Source: an uncultured Acidobacteriota bacterium (lineage in GTDB: Bacteria; Acidobacteriota; Vicinamibacteria; Vicinamibacterales; UBA8438). From it: 64,000 nucleotides of DNA. The notes under the pieces are model-generated. The model made no database searches and was not told where the DNA came from. It was given only the letters and a program-made list of their open reading frames with translations. Of this stretch, positions 37,663 to 47,996 are shown in pieces. The stretch is taken from NCBI GenBank assembly GCA_913043225.1, contig CAJWLU010000003.1:41143-105142 (forward strand). The letters are read 5' to 3'. Within the stretch, counting starts at the first letter, position 1. The number at the start of each line of letters is the position of its first letter. The position numbers and the translations under genes are program-made.

Positions 37663-38529
37663 CTACGCCTCTTCAGGTTTCCGTGCCTGCATGCCGCTGA
37701 CCCGCTTGCCCTTAACCGTGATTGGCCAGCGTGACGGCTCGTGGTGCGCGAGATACTCGCGGCGCGAGACCGAGCCGATGATCATCGACTTGGTTAGCCA
37801 CCAGTTCTTGGGGCGCGCCCCGAAAATGATGTGCGCCACGCTCAGACCGGCAAGCGAGAGTCCGGTCATGCCGTGAAAGACATACACCCATCCCCAGGTG
37901 CCTTCGCCCAGGATGTAGGGATTTGGGGTGATGAACGGGGTGCCCATCCGCCACAGCATCACCATGCCGGTCAGGCTCACCGTGCAGCCCACGAAGGTGA
38001 GTACTAGGTGGTAGAGCCGGTTCCCGATCGGGTACTTGGCCGGGTGCGGTCCGGGTACGTCGTGCCCTGCTTCCCGCATTACCTCGGCCTTGAACTCGGG
38101 AATATCCTTGGGACCGACCCAAATCGACCAGAAGTCGAGGAAGAAGACCGTGTGAAAGATGTGATAGACGATGGCGCCGGTGAGCACAAGCCCTGCCGTG
38201 TAGTGGATAGTGACCCAATCGAATTGCCACCCCATGATCGGGAAGAACGCGGTGCCCAGTAGCGTGAAGATGGAGCCTGCCATCACCCAGTGGAACAGCC
38301 GCGCCATGAACGTGTGGCGCTTTACCCGCTTCGGCAGTTCGGGATACCTGGTCTCGAGCTCGTCGGTGTCCTGCTCGGCCCGCACCCGGTGCGCCGACAG
38401 GATGATGTAGGACGCGTGTGCGACCAGGAAGGTGATGAACACGAACACCGAGACCCAGAGCGCGTTCCAGGCCACGTGCGTGAGGACCGTGCGTCCCCAC
38501 GGATCTGTAGCGGTTTCAAGGAAATCCAA
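37663..38529 (-). CDS. Membrane diheme cytochrome b, formate dehydrogenase gamma/Ni-hydrogenase cytochrome b-like
   Basis: KRHTFMARLFHW, IHYTAG, KYP, FHGMTG..AHI and KSMIIGSV..YLAHH; TM helices with the heme-b His pattern. TTG start lies 9 nt after TGTTAGAAT. Confidence 0.82.
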   Translation of the reverse strand: MDFLETATDPWGRTVLTHVAWNALWVSVFVFITFLVAHASYIILSAHRVRAEQDTDELETRYPELPKRVKRHTFMARLFHWVMAGSIFTLLGTAFFPIMGWQFDWVTIHYTAGLVLTGAIVYHIFHTVFFLDFWSIWVGPKDIPEFKAEVMREAGHDVPGPHPAKYPIGNRLYHLVLTFVGCTVSLTGMVMLWRMGTPFITPNPYILGEGTWGWVYVFHGMTGLSLAGLSVAHIIFGARPKNWWLTKSMIIGSVSRREYLAHHEPSRWPITVKGKRVSGMQARKPEEA

Positions 38530-38581
38530 GGCGCAGCGATTCTAACAGGTCAACCAAAGCCCAAAGTCGGGGTGAGCGTCC

Positions 38582-41104
38582 CTATCGCATATACCCGAGA
38601 CTGCGGAGCCGCTGGATCTCCTCGGGGCTCATGTCGGCCGCGGCGTCCTCGTCGGTAGGCAGTTTTCTAGCTTCGGCGTAGCGGAGCCGCTCGGCTAGCG
38701 CGTCCTTGAGCCGTTCGACGATCTCTGGGTGGTCGGCCGCCACGTCGTGGTGGTTGATCGGGTCCTCGGCGTGGTTGTAGAGCTCCCATTCGGTCATCTC
38801 CTCGGGAGGGTCGACGTTCTGGACCAGTTTCCATCCGTCCAGCACCACCGCGTACTGATCCACATCGTCGAGCGCACGCTCACGGTTGCTTGGTATCCGT
38901 TTCCGCTCGGTGAAGGCGGCCCGCTCGACCCAGCCAGTGGCTGCTGGATCCTCAGGGCTGGCTATGAGTGGAAGCAGACTCTGTCCCTGGACGAGCTCTG
39001 GCACAGGAACCCCGGCTAGCTCAAGTAGTGTTGGCATCATACTGAGCGTTTCGACCGTGTCCTCGACGATGAGCCCCGACGGCAGTACGCCGGGCCAGTG
39101 CATCAGCAGCGGCACGTTCACCGCTTCGCCATACACGGTGTTGCCATGCCAGCCCCAGCCATGGTCGAGAAACTCCTCTCCGTGGTCGCTGACGAAGGTT
39201 AGCAGCGTGTCCGCCGCGAGCCCCCGTTGTTCGAGTCCCTCCATGAGCCGGGCCACCTCCGCGTCCATGCCGCGGATCGACCCGTCGTACCAGTCGAGCT
39301 GGTGTGCGGCGTAGGCGTCGGCGTCGACACCGGCCGCTTCCAGTTCCTCCCGGTTGGGGAACCGTTCCGGATCGAAACGGTTGCCATCGGCGCGGCGGCG
39401 CTCCTCCCCGAGCGAGTCGTTCACTGCTTCGAGATCCGTCTCGTGTCGCTCTTTCCCGTCAGCGGCGGCATACAGCAGGTCGTACGGCGGATAGGGCTCG
39501 TAGCGATCGTGGGGGTCGAACGCATGAAGGAAGGCGAAGAACGGGACGTCGTGGCGGTCGTCCAGCCAGGTGAGGAACCGGTCGACGTAGGTGCGCGCGG
39601 TCTTCGAGCTGCTGTGGCCTAAGCTGTCGTTGTCGATCGACGCCCGTTCGTGCAGCACCTCCATGCCCTGGTGCAGGTTGCTCAGCCGTCCAGTGAATGG
39701 CACCGACGAGGTGCCAAAGGTGGCGTAGCCAGCTCTGCGAAACGCCTCGGCCAGCGTCGTGGCGCTCGATGACAGCCGATCGGGTGGACCGAGGATGCCC
39801 GTGGACGTCGGGTAGACGCCGCTCATCAGCGACGGCACGGCCACCTTCGTCCAGGTGCCCGGTGAGATTGGGTCGGCAAAGCGGACCCCGTTCTCGGCGA
39901 GCGCTGTCAACGTCGGAGCCGTCTCGCGGCTATGCCCCCAGGCGTCGAGGTGGTCGTGGCGCAGGGTGTCGCCGAGGAAGATGATCACCCCCTGGGGCGC
40001 ACGGGCGCCGCCGTCAGCGAGAGCCGCGCGCGCCTCGGTGATGTTGTCCGCATTCGGGACGAACTCGGCGCCGCTGTTGCGTACCACCGGTGTTCCCCAG
40101 TAGCCGACAAGCCCGTCTTCGGCGCCGTCGAGAGACAGCGTGAGCGTTATGTCCTGTCCATTGAATGCCGACAGATCGATCCGCTGCGGCTCCCATCGTC
40201 TCGGCAGGGTCACGGTGCGCTGCCAGATCGAAGCGTCGTCGACCCTGACGTCGAAGGTGACCGGATGGTCCTCGACGGTCCCGACCGCCAGATCGAGCCA
40301 GGGGGTGTCGGGCAGCGTGAGGTCGAGCGACACCGACTCCGGCGCGCGGCTCACGATCGTCTCCCGGAAGACGTTGTCGAGCCCCTGCCAGCCTGGCCCC
40401 GAGGGGATTGACCGCAGGTGCTCCTTCTGTGCGATCAGCCGGACCGATTCGATGGCGAACTCCGCATCGGCGACGTCAGTCGGCCGGATCAGGATGTTAC
40501 GGGTGCCCCCGGCCGAGAACGACTGCCCGGGGTTCTCGAGTCGGTAGGTGTGAAATTCGTCGCCCGGTTCCAGATCGGCGTGCAGCGGATCCTCGGCCGA
40601 CTCACGGACGCTTCGGAGGGTCCGCTCCTCGTCGAGTTTGCTGGCCCCGCTGAACCGCACGCCGAGCTGCGAGCCGGCCGACACCCGCATGCTGATTTCG
40701 ACCGCATGCAGAATGTCGTTCTCGTCGAGTACGTTCTCTGGACGCACGGCGTGGAGGACCGGAAGCTCGCCGGTTGTGCCCACCAGTTGACCGTCGACGA
40801 CCTCCAGGTCCTCGACGTCGTTCAGTGCCCGCCAGCCGAACGTGTCGGTCAGGTCTTCCGGCTCTTCGGCGTTCTCTTCCTCGTCGTCGTCCTCGGACGG
40901 CTCGGGAGGCTCTGGTAGCCCGATTGTGCCGTTGCCGTCGAACCGCCATCCGGTCGGTTCGCCGGGCAGGACGTCTACCGTGCCGCTGACGGTGGCGTCG
41001 TCGAACACGTCGACGATCCTCAGTGCGATGCCGTCTGGCGCAGTGCCGCACGAGGCGAGAGCAATTGTGCCGAGGGCAGCGGTGAGGGCATGCAGCGCGC
41101 GCAT
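38582..41104 (-). CDS. Large sulfatase-like (alkaline phosphatase superfamily) lipoprotein
   Basis: ATG 41104 after AGGAG; lipobox LASC; DTLRHDHL, ETAPTL, DPHDRY, YDGSI, SDHGEEF, VPL, ELYN..DP and terminal LRSLGY. Confidence 0.88.
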   Translation of the reverse strand: MRALHALTAALGTIALASCGTAPDGIALRIVDVFDDATVSGTVDVLPGEPTGWRFDGNGTIGLPEPPEPSEDDDEEENAEEPEDLTDTFGWRALNDVEDLEVVDGQLVGTTGELPVLHAVRPENVLDENDILHAVEISMRVSAGSQLGVRFSGASKLDEERTLRSVRESAEDPLHADLEPGDEFHTYRLENPGQSFSAGGTRNILIRPTDVADAEFAIESVRLIAQKEHLRSIPSGPGWQGLDNVFRETIVSRAPESVSLDLTLPDTPWLDLAVGTVEDHPVTFDVRVDDASIWQRTVTLPRRWEPQRIDLSAFNGQDITLTLSLDGAEDGLVGYWGTPVVRNSGAEFVPNADNITEARAALADGGARAPQGVIIFLGDTLRHDHLDAWGHSRETAPTLTALAENGVRFADPISPGTWTKVAVPSLMSGVYPTSTGILGPPDRLSSSATTLAEAFRRAGYATFGTSSVPFTGRLSNLHQGMEVLHERASIDNDSLGHSSSKTARTYVDRFLTWLDDRHDVPFFAFLHAFDPHDRYEPYPPYDLLYAAADGKERHETDLEAVNDSLGEERRRADGNRFDPERFPNREELEAAGVDADAYAAHQLDWYDGSIRGMDAEVARLMEGLEQRGLAADTLLTFVSDHGEEFLDHGWGWHGNTVYGEAVNVPLLMHWPGVLPSGLIVEDTVETLSMMPTLLELAGVPVPELVQGQSLLPLIASPEDPAATGWVERAAFTERKRIPSNRERALDDVDQYAVVLDGWKLVQNVDPPEEMTEWELYNHAEDPINHHDVAADHPEIVERLKDALAERLRYAEARKLPTDEDAAADMSPEEIQRLRSLGYMR

Positions 41105-41444
41105 CGGGCTTTCTCCTGATCCTTCAGCCGAGTGAGTTCCAATCATACAGGTCGTGTGGTGCGAGCTGAGGGTTGCGGCTCGAAGAACAAGAACCGAGTC
41201 GCGTCGCGTGGTCGGTCATACAATGGGCGTTCCTGGTGCTCATTGCTCATGAACACGCGCCGACGGGGCGTCTCGCTGCTGCCGAGGCGCTGCGACGGTT
41301 CGGGTTGTCGGAGGACGCCGACGCCGCGTGAACGCGCAGGGGTTCGGCGGCAGTTTCGCATCTACGTGCCGCAGCTACTCGACAAGAGCCTGGCCGACCT
41401 GGATTAGGCGCGACGCTCACCACTCACACCGGAGGAATACATCT

Positions 41445-42530
41445 ATGTCGCTCGATCACTACGTTACGCTAGGCCGTTCAGGTCTTCGGGTAAGCCAGTT
41501 TTGTCTCGGTGCCATGACCTTCGGCGAAGACTGGGGCTGGGGCTCCAGCGTCGACGATTCCGAGGCCATCCTGACCCGGTTCGTTGATGCCGGAGGCAAC
41601 TTCATTGACACTGCCAACGCCTACACCAAGGGACATTCGGAGCGGATCATCGGCGACTACATCCGAAGCCGCGACGTGCGACGCGACCAGCTGGTGATCG
41701 CGACCAAGTTCTTTGCCAACCTCTATCCGTCGGATCCGAACGGTGGCGGCGCGAACCGGAAGTCGGTGGTGGCCGCCTGCGAGCAGTCCCTTCGACGTCT
41801 TCAGACTGACTACATTGATCTGTACTGGATGCACCTGTGGGATCGCTTCACGCCGATCGAAGAGACGATGCGTGCACTCGACGATCTCGTGGCGGCGGGC
41901 AAAGTGCGCTATGTCGGTTTCTCTGACACGCCTGCCTGGAAGGTAGCGCAGGCGCAGGTCACCGCAAGCTTCCGCGGTTGGGCACCGTTGGTGGCGCTGC
42001 AGATCGAGTACTCGTTGATCGAACGCACCGTCGAGGGCGAGCTGATTCCGATGGCCCAGGAGCTCGGCCTGGGCGTCACGCCGTGGTCGCCGCTCCGCGG
42101 TGGCGTGTTGTCGGGCAAGTACACACGTGAGAACAAAGATACGGTCGACCCCGGTCGCGGCGAGCGGGTGAGGATGTTCCTGACCGAGCGCACGTTTGGG
42201 ATCATCGACGAGCTGATCCGGATTGCGGGCGAGCTCGGCACCAATCCGGCAGCGGTGGCGCTGGCGTGGGTACAGTCGCGCCCGGGCGTCGATGCCACCA
42301 TCATCGGGGCGCGGACGCTGTCTCAGCTGGAAGGCAACCTGGCGGGTTTGGAGGTGACGCTCGACGAGACCCAGGTTGTGGCGCTCGACGATGCTTCGAC
42401 GCCGACTCACAGCTTCCCCACGCCGTTTCTGCAGATGGCGCCGACCATCATGCACGCGGGCGCTACGGTCGACGGCGTGCCGTCGGAACCGTGGCCGATG
42501 GCGCCCAACAACGACGAGGAGCGGTACTAG
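41445..42530 (+). CDS. Aldo/keto reductase
   Basis: GGAGG RBS; LGRSGLRVS, IDTANAY, IATK, SLRRLQTDYIDLYWMH, GKVRYVG and PWSPL. Confidence 0.95.
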   Translation: MSLDHYVTLGRSGLRVSQFCLGAMTFGEDWGWGSSVDDSEAILTRFVDAGGNFIDTANAYTKGHSERIIGDYIRSRDVRRDQLVIATKFFANLYPSDPNGGGANRKSVVAACEQSLRRLQTDYIDLYWMHLWDRFTPIEETMRALDDLVAAGKVRYVGFSDTPAWKVAQAQVTASFRGWAPLVALQIEYSLIERTVEGELIPMAQELGLGVTPWSPLRGGVLSGKYTRENKDTVDPGRGERVRMFLTERTFGIIDELIRIAGELGTNPAAVALAWVQSRPGVDATIIGARTLSQLEGNLAGLEVTLDETQVVALDDASTPTHSFPTPFLQMAPTIMHAGATVDGVPSEPWPMAPNNDEERY

Positions 42531-42532
42531 TG

Positions 42533-44110
42533 TTAGGGCTGGTCGGTGGCGCCGAGCGGGACGTCGCGCAGTCGTTCCTGCACGGTGCCCGCGATTCCGA
42601 GACTGGTGTCGGCGCCGAGCCGCGCCAGCAACTCAGCGGTTTCCGGCCAGCTCTGGAACTGGAACGACTGCTTGGCTCCCTCCGCCATTCGGTAGGCGGT
42701 GCGGCCGCGGAAGTCGCGGGCATCGATGTCGGCACCCTGAGCGACGAGATACTCTACGACCTCATTCAGACCACGGAAGGTCGCGCCGTGTAACGCCGTA
42801 AAGTCGGCCTCGTTGGTGGCGTTGACGTCCGCCCCCGCCTCTAGCAGGAACGCCACGGCCGCCTCAGCACTACGCGCCCGCACCCCGCGTGGTTCGCGCG
42901 GCGTGTAGGTCGCCTTGCCCAGTCCGGCTGCCGCCATCAACGGGGTGGTGCCGTCGTCAGTGGCCAGGGTGAGATTGGCGCCGCCGTCAATCAGGGCCTG
43001 CAGCACCTCGACGCTGCTCGACTGGAAGCTTGGGATCACGCTGTAGATCAGGCTGGGGGCGCCATTCATCTCGAAGGCGGCGACCCAGAGCGGCGTGGCG
43101 CCGCGCAGATCACCGGTACCCGGAGCAAACGGTTCAAAGGCGCCCTTCTTGGGATAGCCGATGTAGAACATCAGCATCGCCGAACTCGTGATCCGCGCGT
43201 TCGGCTCGGCGCCCCGGGAGAGCAGATCCTGGACGAGGCCAAGCCGGGCGTCGGCGCGAAGCCGACCGCCTCCGATCGGGCCGTGGCGCCGGGTCCACTC
43301 TGAGACCCAGGTCGACACCGAGCCGGCGGCTGCGTGGAGGGCGCTGAAGCCGCCCATCCAGCTGTTCGCGTCGGCGCCCTCTTCGAGCAGGAAGTGCGCG
43401 AATGGCGCTCGGCCTGCTGCGATGGCGAATGCCAGGGCGTGAGTGCCGTCCCCGCTGGGGGTGTTGACGTCGACGCCTGCCTCGAGGAGCGCTCGACCCA
43501 TCTCGATGTCACCGGTGCGCGCGGCGAACATCAACGGTGTGAAGCCGGGGTTCGCCTCGATCGTGGGATCGGCGCCGCGCGCTAGCAGCAGACGCACGAT
43601 CTTATGGTGGGGTGCCGCCAGCGCCCACATCAGCGCGGTGCTGTTGGTGTCGCGCGTTACCGCGTTCACCTGCGCCCGGTGGTCGAGCAGCAGCTGGACT
43701 AGCTCGACGTTGCCGGTGTGGGAGGCGGTCATCAGCGGCGTCAGTCCGCTGGTTTGCACCGCGGCTGCGTTGGCCCCGGCGTTGAGGAGCGTCGTGGCCA
43801 TGGCCACGCTCGCGTTCTCGGCGGCCCGCTCCAGCGGGGTCACCCCGTGGTCGTCGGCCAGGTTTGGGTCGGCTCCGGCCGCCAGCAGGCCAGCTGCCGC
43901 GTCGAGAGCGTTCCAGTGTGCAGCCCAGAGCAACCCTGTAGTGCCGTCGGCGCGAGCGACGTCGGGGTTGCCCCCCTCGTCGAGCAACGTCTGCACCTCG
44001 GCCCATTGCTGGTCGGCGGCAAACTGGACGAGGGCGGGGGTCTGGGCCGTCACCGGCGTGGCGACCGTGACGACGGCGAGCGAGAGAAGCGCGGAAAGCA
44101 GGCGAGGCAT
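42533..44110 (-). CDS. Exported ankyrin-repeat protein (paralog B)
   Basis: GAGGG RBS before ATG 44110; signal ending VTAQ; repeats GTTGLLWAA, GVTPLERAA, STALMWAL, GFTPLMFAA and GTTPLMAAA. Confidence 0.92.
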   Translation of the reverse strand: MPRLLSALLSLAVVTVATPVTAQTPALVQFAADQQWAEVQTLLDEGGNPDVARADGTTGLLWAAHWNALDAAAGLLAAGADPNLADDHGVTPLERAAENASVAMATTLLNAGANAAAVQTSGLTPLMTASHTGNVELVQLLLDHRAQVNAVTRDTNSTALMWALAAPHHKIVRLLLARGADPTIEANPGFTPLMFAARTGDIEMGRALLEAGVDVNTPSGDGTHALAFAIAAGRAPFAHFLLEEGADANSWMGGFSALHAAAGSVSTWVSEWTRRHGPIGGGRLRADARLGLVQDLLSRGAEPNARITSSAMLMFYIGYPKKGAFEPFAPGTGDLRGATPLWVAAFEMNGAPSLIYSVIPSFQSSSVEVLQALIDGGANLTLATDDGTTPLMAAAGLGKATYTPREPRGVRARSAEAAVAFLLEAGADVNATNEADFTALHGATFRGLNEVVEYLVAQGADIDARDFRGRTAYRMAEGAKQSFQFQSWPETAELLARLGADTSLGIAGTVQERLRDVPLGATDQP

Positions 44111-44141
44111 GGGTCCCTCGTTATTGGTTGGAGCTTCCGGC

Positions 44142-44147
44142 ACTATA
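44142..44147 (-). promoter_or_regulatory. Putative -10 box TATAGT for ankyrin B
   Basis: Same hexamer and similar position as upstream of ankyrin A. Confidence 0.4.
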
Positions 44148-44236
44148 GCGCAGACTTGCCGTGGGGGGCACGCTGATCGGCAGGAGCTGAGGTAACATAC
44201 GCGAGCTACCTCGTCAATCTAGGGATAGGGAGCGCG

Positions 44237-46597
44237 ATGCAGCTGGTATGGCGAACGGCCGTGCGAAGCGTCTGGACGTTGGGTGTGGCGGTATGTGTCC
44301 TCGCCGCCGTCGCACCGGCGCGGGCGCAGCTGGCGACCTCCGACGGCCAGGGGTTGGTCCAGGACTACTGCGTACGCTGCCACAATGATCGCCGACTCAC
44401 GGGCGGACTGTCGCTCGAGGGGGTTCAGGCGGACGATCCAACCGCGCACGCGGAGATTTGGGAGAAGGTCCTCCGGAAGCTGCAGGCCCGCTCCATGCCG
44501 CCGGTCGGATCGCCTCGTCCAGACGAGGTTGTTTACGCCCAGGTGATCCGTGCGCTGGAGCTCGCGATCGATCGCGAGGCGGATGCCACCCCGCGCCCAG
44601 GTCGAACGGCCTCTTTCCATCGACTCAGTCGCACCGAGTATCAGCACGCCGTCCGCGATCTGCTAGATCTCGAGGTGGACGTGGGTGGCTGGTTGCCGGG
44701 AGACGACGCAGCCTATGGCTTCGACAACAACGGCGACGTGCTGTCGATGTCGCCCGTGCTGCTCGATGCGTATCTCACGGCGGCAAGCCGGATCAGCCGT
44801 CTGGCCGTCGGCGATATGTCGGCCGGCGCCGATGTGGCCAGCTATCGGTTCTCGAAGTCGCTCCTGCAAGAAAACCGGATCGAGGGGCTGCCGTTCGGTT
44901 CGCGTGGTGGGGGTGCCGTGCGCCATTACTTCCCGCTGAACGGGGAGTATGTGCTGAAACTCGATCTGGCCGGTCCGAGGACGCAGTCCGAGACCATCGA
45001 GATTCGCCTCGACGGCGTCAAAGTCGGCGAGGTTGCCTCCAACGCTCGCCCACCCTTTGGTGGCGAGGCGATAGGCACTCAGGTGCGGATCCAGGTCGAG
45101 GCGGGCGCGCATACTCTCGGTGTCGTTTTCCTCAAGAGAATGCTCGCCCCCGAGGGCCGCTTCCCCGCCTACTTCCCGTGGGCCAACAGTGCGGTCTTCT
45201 CGACCACTTTTGGAGCCAAGACGTATCTCCATCTGGACGGGATCGAGATCACGGGGCCGTTTGAGCCGACCGGTCTCGGCGATACACCGAGTCGTCGCCG
45301 CATCTTCAGCTGTCGGCCCGGAGGCGACGTTCAAGCCGAGGTGTGCGCCCGCAGCATCTTCGAGCGGCTGGCCCGCCGCGCCTACCGACGCCCAGCGACT
45401 GAGGACGACCTCGAGGTGCTGCTCAGCTTCTACCGCGACGGGCGCGCCGAGGGCGGGAGCTTCGACGATGGCGTCCGTGTTGCCCTCAGCCGTCTTCTGG
45501 TCGACCCCGACTTCTTGTATCGGGCCGAGCTGGATCCGCCGGGCGTCACCCTGCCGTATCGGTTGTCCGATCTAGAGCTGGCATCCCGGCTGTCGTTCTT
45601 CCTGTGGAGCAGCCTGCCGGACGACGAGCTGCTCTCAGTGGCTGAAGAGGGACGGCTGTCGTCGCCTGCGGAGTTGGCAACTCAGGTACGACGGATGCTG
45701 GCAGACGAACGGGCCACGGCACTCGTCTCCGATTTCGCCGCACAGTGGCTATTTCTGCGCAATCTGCGGATGGTCTCACCGGACCAGTTCCAGTTCCCGG
45801 AGTGGGACGACGACCTCCGGGCGGCGATGGCGCGTGAGACTGAGCTCTTCCTCGATCACCAGAGACGCGAGAATCGTCCGGTGGCCGAGCTGCTGATCGC
45901 CGACTACACGTTCGTCAATGAGCGCCTGGCTCGCCACTACGGGCTCGACGACATCTACGGCACGCAGTTCCGACAGGTGGAGCTCTCGAACCCGCGACGA
46001 GCTGGCCTGCTCGGGCACGCGAGCATCCTGACGGTAACGTCGATGCCGAATCGCACGTCGCCGGTGCTCAGGGGGAAGTGGTTGCTCGAGAATCTGCTGG
46101 GCATGCCGCCGCCCGCGCCGCCGCCTGACATACCCGAGCTGCCAGAGAACGAGCGGGGCGACGCGCCACGTTCGATTCGCGAGCGGCTCGAGCAGCATCG
46201 CGAGAACCCGGTCTGCGCGAGCTGCCACGCCACGATGGATCCGCTGGGCTTCGCGTTGGAGCCGTTCGACGCCATCGGACGTTGGCGCACGCGCGATGAT
46301 GGTCTGCCGGTGGATGCGCGCGGCGCACTGGTCGATGGCACGGAGATTGACGGCCCTCGTGGACTGCGCGAGATGCTCGTCACCCGACAGGACGAGTTCG
46401 TGCGGACGTTCATCGAGAAGCTGATGACCTTCGCGCTCGGTCGTGGCGTCGAGTACTACGACATGCCGGCCGTCCGGAAGATCCTGCGCGAGACCGCCGA
46501 TCAGGGTCACACGTGGGAGTCGGTGATTCTCGGCATCGCGAACAGCGTACCGTTCAAGATGCGGGAGCGACGCGACGGTGCCATCCCGGTCAACTGA
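44237..46597 (+). CDS. DUF1592-family diheme cytochrome c, copy 2
   Basis: CVRCH and SMPP; HRLSRTEY; GFDN; LASRLSFFLW; RTSPVLRGKW; CASCHATMDPLGFALE. Confidence 0.92.
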   Translation: MQLVWRTAVRSVWTLGVAVCVLAAVAPARAQLATSDGQGLVQDYCVRCHNDRRLTGGLSLEGVQADDPTAHAEIWEKVLRKLQARSMPPVGSPRPDEVVYAQVIRALELAIDREADATPRPGRTASFHRLSRTEYQHAVRDLLDLEVDVGGWLPGDDAAYGFDNNGDVLSMSPVLLDAYLTAASRISRLAVGDMSAGADVASYRFSKSLLQENRIEGLPFGSRGGGAVRHYFPLNGEYVLKLDLAGPRTQSETIEIRLDGVKVGEVASNARPPFGGEAIGTQVRIQVEAGAHTLGVVFLKRMLAPEGRFPAYFPWANSAVFSTTFGAKTYLHLDGIEITGPFEPTGLGDTPSRRRIFSCRPGGDVQAEVCARSIFERLARRAYRRPATEDDLEVLLSFYRDGRAEGGSFDDGVRVALSRLLVDPDFLYRAELDPPGVTLPYRLSDLELASRLSFFLWSSLPDDELLSVAEEGRLSSPAELATQVRRMLADERATALVSDFAAQWLFLRNLRMVSPDQFQFPEWDDDLRAAMARETELFLDHQRRENRPVAELLIADYTFVNERLARHYGLDDIYGTQFRQVELSNPRRAGLLGHASILTVTSMPNRTSPVLRGKWLLENLLGMPPPAPPPDIPELPENERGDAPRSIRERLEQHRENPVCASCHATMDPLGFALEPFDAIGRWRTRDDGLPVDARGALVDGTEIDGPRGLREMLVTRQDEFVRTFIEKLMTFALGRGVEYYDMPAVRKILRETADQGHTWESVILGIANSVPFKMRERRDGAIPVN

Positions 46598-46643
46598 CCG
46601 GAGCGAGTGAACATCAAGGGTCGGGTAGCTACAGGAGTCCCTC

Positions 46644-47996
46644 ATGTACATCACTAGCAAGGCGTTGCCACGACGCACGGTGCTCCGTGGCCTGGGCGCC
46701 ACCATCGGGTTGCCGCTCCTCAACAGCATGGTGCCGGCGATGACCGCTCTGGCGCGGACCGCCGCCGATCCGGTCAGGCGTTTCGCGACCGTGTATGTCG
46801 GTAATGGCGCCGCGGTTGGCTATTTCACCCCCGAGCAGGAGGGGGCTGGCTACGAGCTGACACCGATTCTTGAGCCGTTGGCACCGATGCGCGATCGGGC
46901 GCTGGTGCTCACCGGCATCGACAATCCACCCGCACTAGCCCTCGAGGGCGAGCCACGTGGTGGACATGGCCGGATCCCGTCTGCGTTCATGAGCGGCATT
47001 CACGCCAAGCCCACCATCGGCGCCGACTATCAGTCCGGCATCACGATCGATCAGATCGCTGCCAACCATCTTGGAGACGACACCCAGCTGCGGTCTCTCG
47101 AGCTGTCCATGGACTCGCCGGAGTTTGGCGGGACCTGCGACACGGGTTTTGCCTGCGTCTACACCAACACGCTGTCCTGGCGCGGACCGACCACGCCGCA
47201 GCCGATGCAGAACAACCCGCGGCTGGTGTTCGAGCGCATGTTCGGCGAGGGTGGGACCACCGATCCTGCCGTGCGCCTGGCCCGCTGGCGGCAGCGGGCC
47301 AGCATTCTCGACTCGGTGCGAGACAAGGTCGACGGGTTGGGAGGCACCCTGGATCCGGAGGACCGAGCCAAGCTCGACGAGTATCTCGAGGCGATTCGCA
47401 ACATTGAGCGGCGCATCCAACTGGCCGAGGAGCAGAGCGACCGGGAGATTCCCGAGGTGATCCAGCCGGCCGGGGTGCCTGCGACTTTTGCCGAGCACGC
47501 GGAGCTGATGTTTGATCTTCAGGTGCTGGCCTTCCAGGCCGACCTCACGCGCGTTACCACGTTCATGCTCGCTCGCGAGCTGAGCGGCCGCGCCTACCCC
47601 GAGATCGGGGTATCTGAGGGCTTCCATGCCATTTCGCATCACGGCAACAACCCGGAGAAGATCGCTGACCAGGCCAAGATCAACGCCTATCACACGGCTA
47701 AGGTCGTCTACTTCCTTGAGCGGCTGCAGTCGGTGCCTGACGGCGACGGGACGCTACTTGACAACAGTCTGGTGCTGTTCGGCAGCGGGATGGGAAACAG
47801 CAACGAGCACGATCCACGTCAGCTTCCGCTAGTCCTGGCCGGCGGGGTGGGCGGTCGTCTGAAGGGTGGACGCCACATTCGCTATCCGTCGGGTACGAGG
47901 CTGACCAACCTGCACATGACGTTGCTCGCCAAGCTCGGCGTCCCGGTCGAGTCGATCGGCGACAGTACCGGCCATCTCGAGGTGGGTCTGCTGTGA
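46644..47996 (+). CDS. DUF1552 (HXXSHH) protein, Tat-exported, copy 2
   Basis: AGGAG RBS; PRRTVLRGLG, GGH, CDTGFAC, FHAISHH and NSNEH. Confidence 0.92.
   Translation: MYITSKALPRRTVLRGLGATIGLPLLNSMVPAMTALARTAADPVRRFATVYVGNGAAVGYFTPEQEGAGYELTPILEPLAPMRDRALVLTGIDNPPALALEGEPRGGHGRIPSAFMSGIHAKPTIGADYQSGITIDQIAANHLGDDTQLRSLELSMDSPEFGGTCDTGFACVYTNTLSWRGPTTPQPMQNNPRLVFERMFGEGGTTDPAVRLARWRQRASILDSVRDKVDGLGGTLDPEDRAKLDEYLEAIRNIERRIQLAEEQSDREIPEVIQPAGVPATFAEHAELMFDLQVLAFQADLTRVTTFMLARELSGRAYPEIGVSEGFHAISHHGNNPEKIADQAKINAYHTAKVVYFLERLQSVPDGDGTLLDNSLVLFGSGMGNSNEHDPRQLPLVLAGGVGGRLKGGRHIRYPSGTRLTNLHMTLLAKLGVPVESIGDSTGHLEVGLL

Noticed and set aside
37660-37665. The cytochrome b TAG is in frame with the AraC remnant, suggesting pyrrolysine or a fusion
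   Set aside because: The cytochrome b is complete at its stop and the AraC piece is eroded; a deletion junction explains this more simply.
41105-41444. Short ORFs in the sulfatase/aldo-keto reductase divergent spacer
   Set aside because: No RBS or recognisable motif; they cannot be told apart from chance, though a decayed gene is not excluded.
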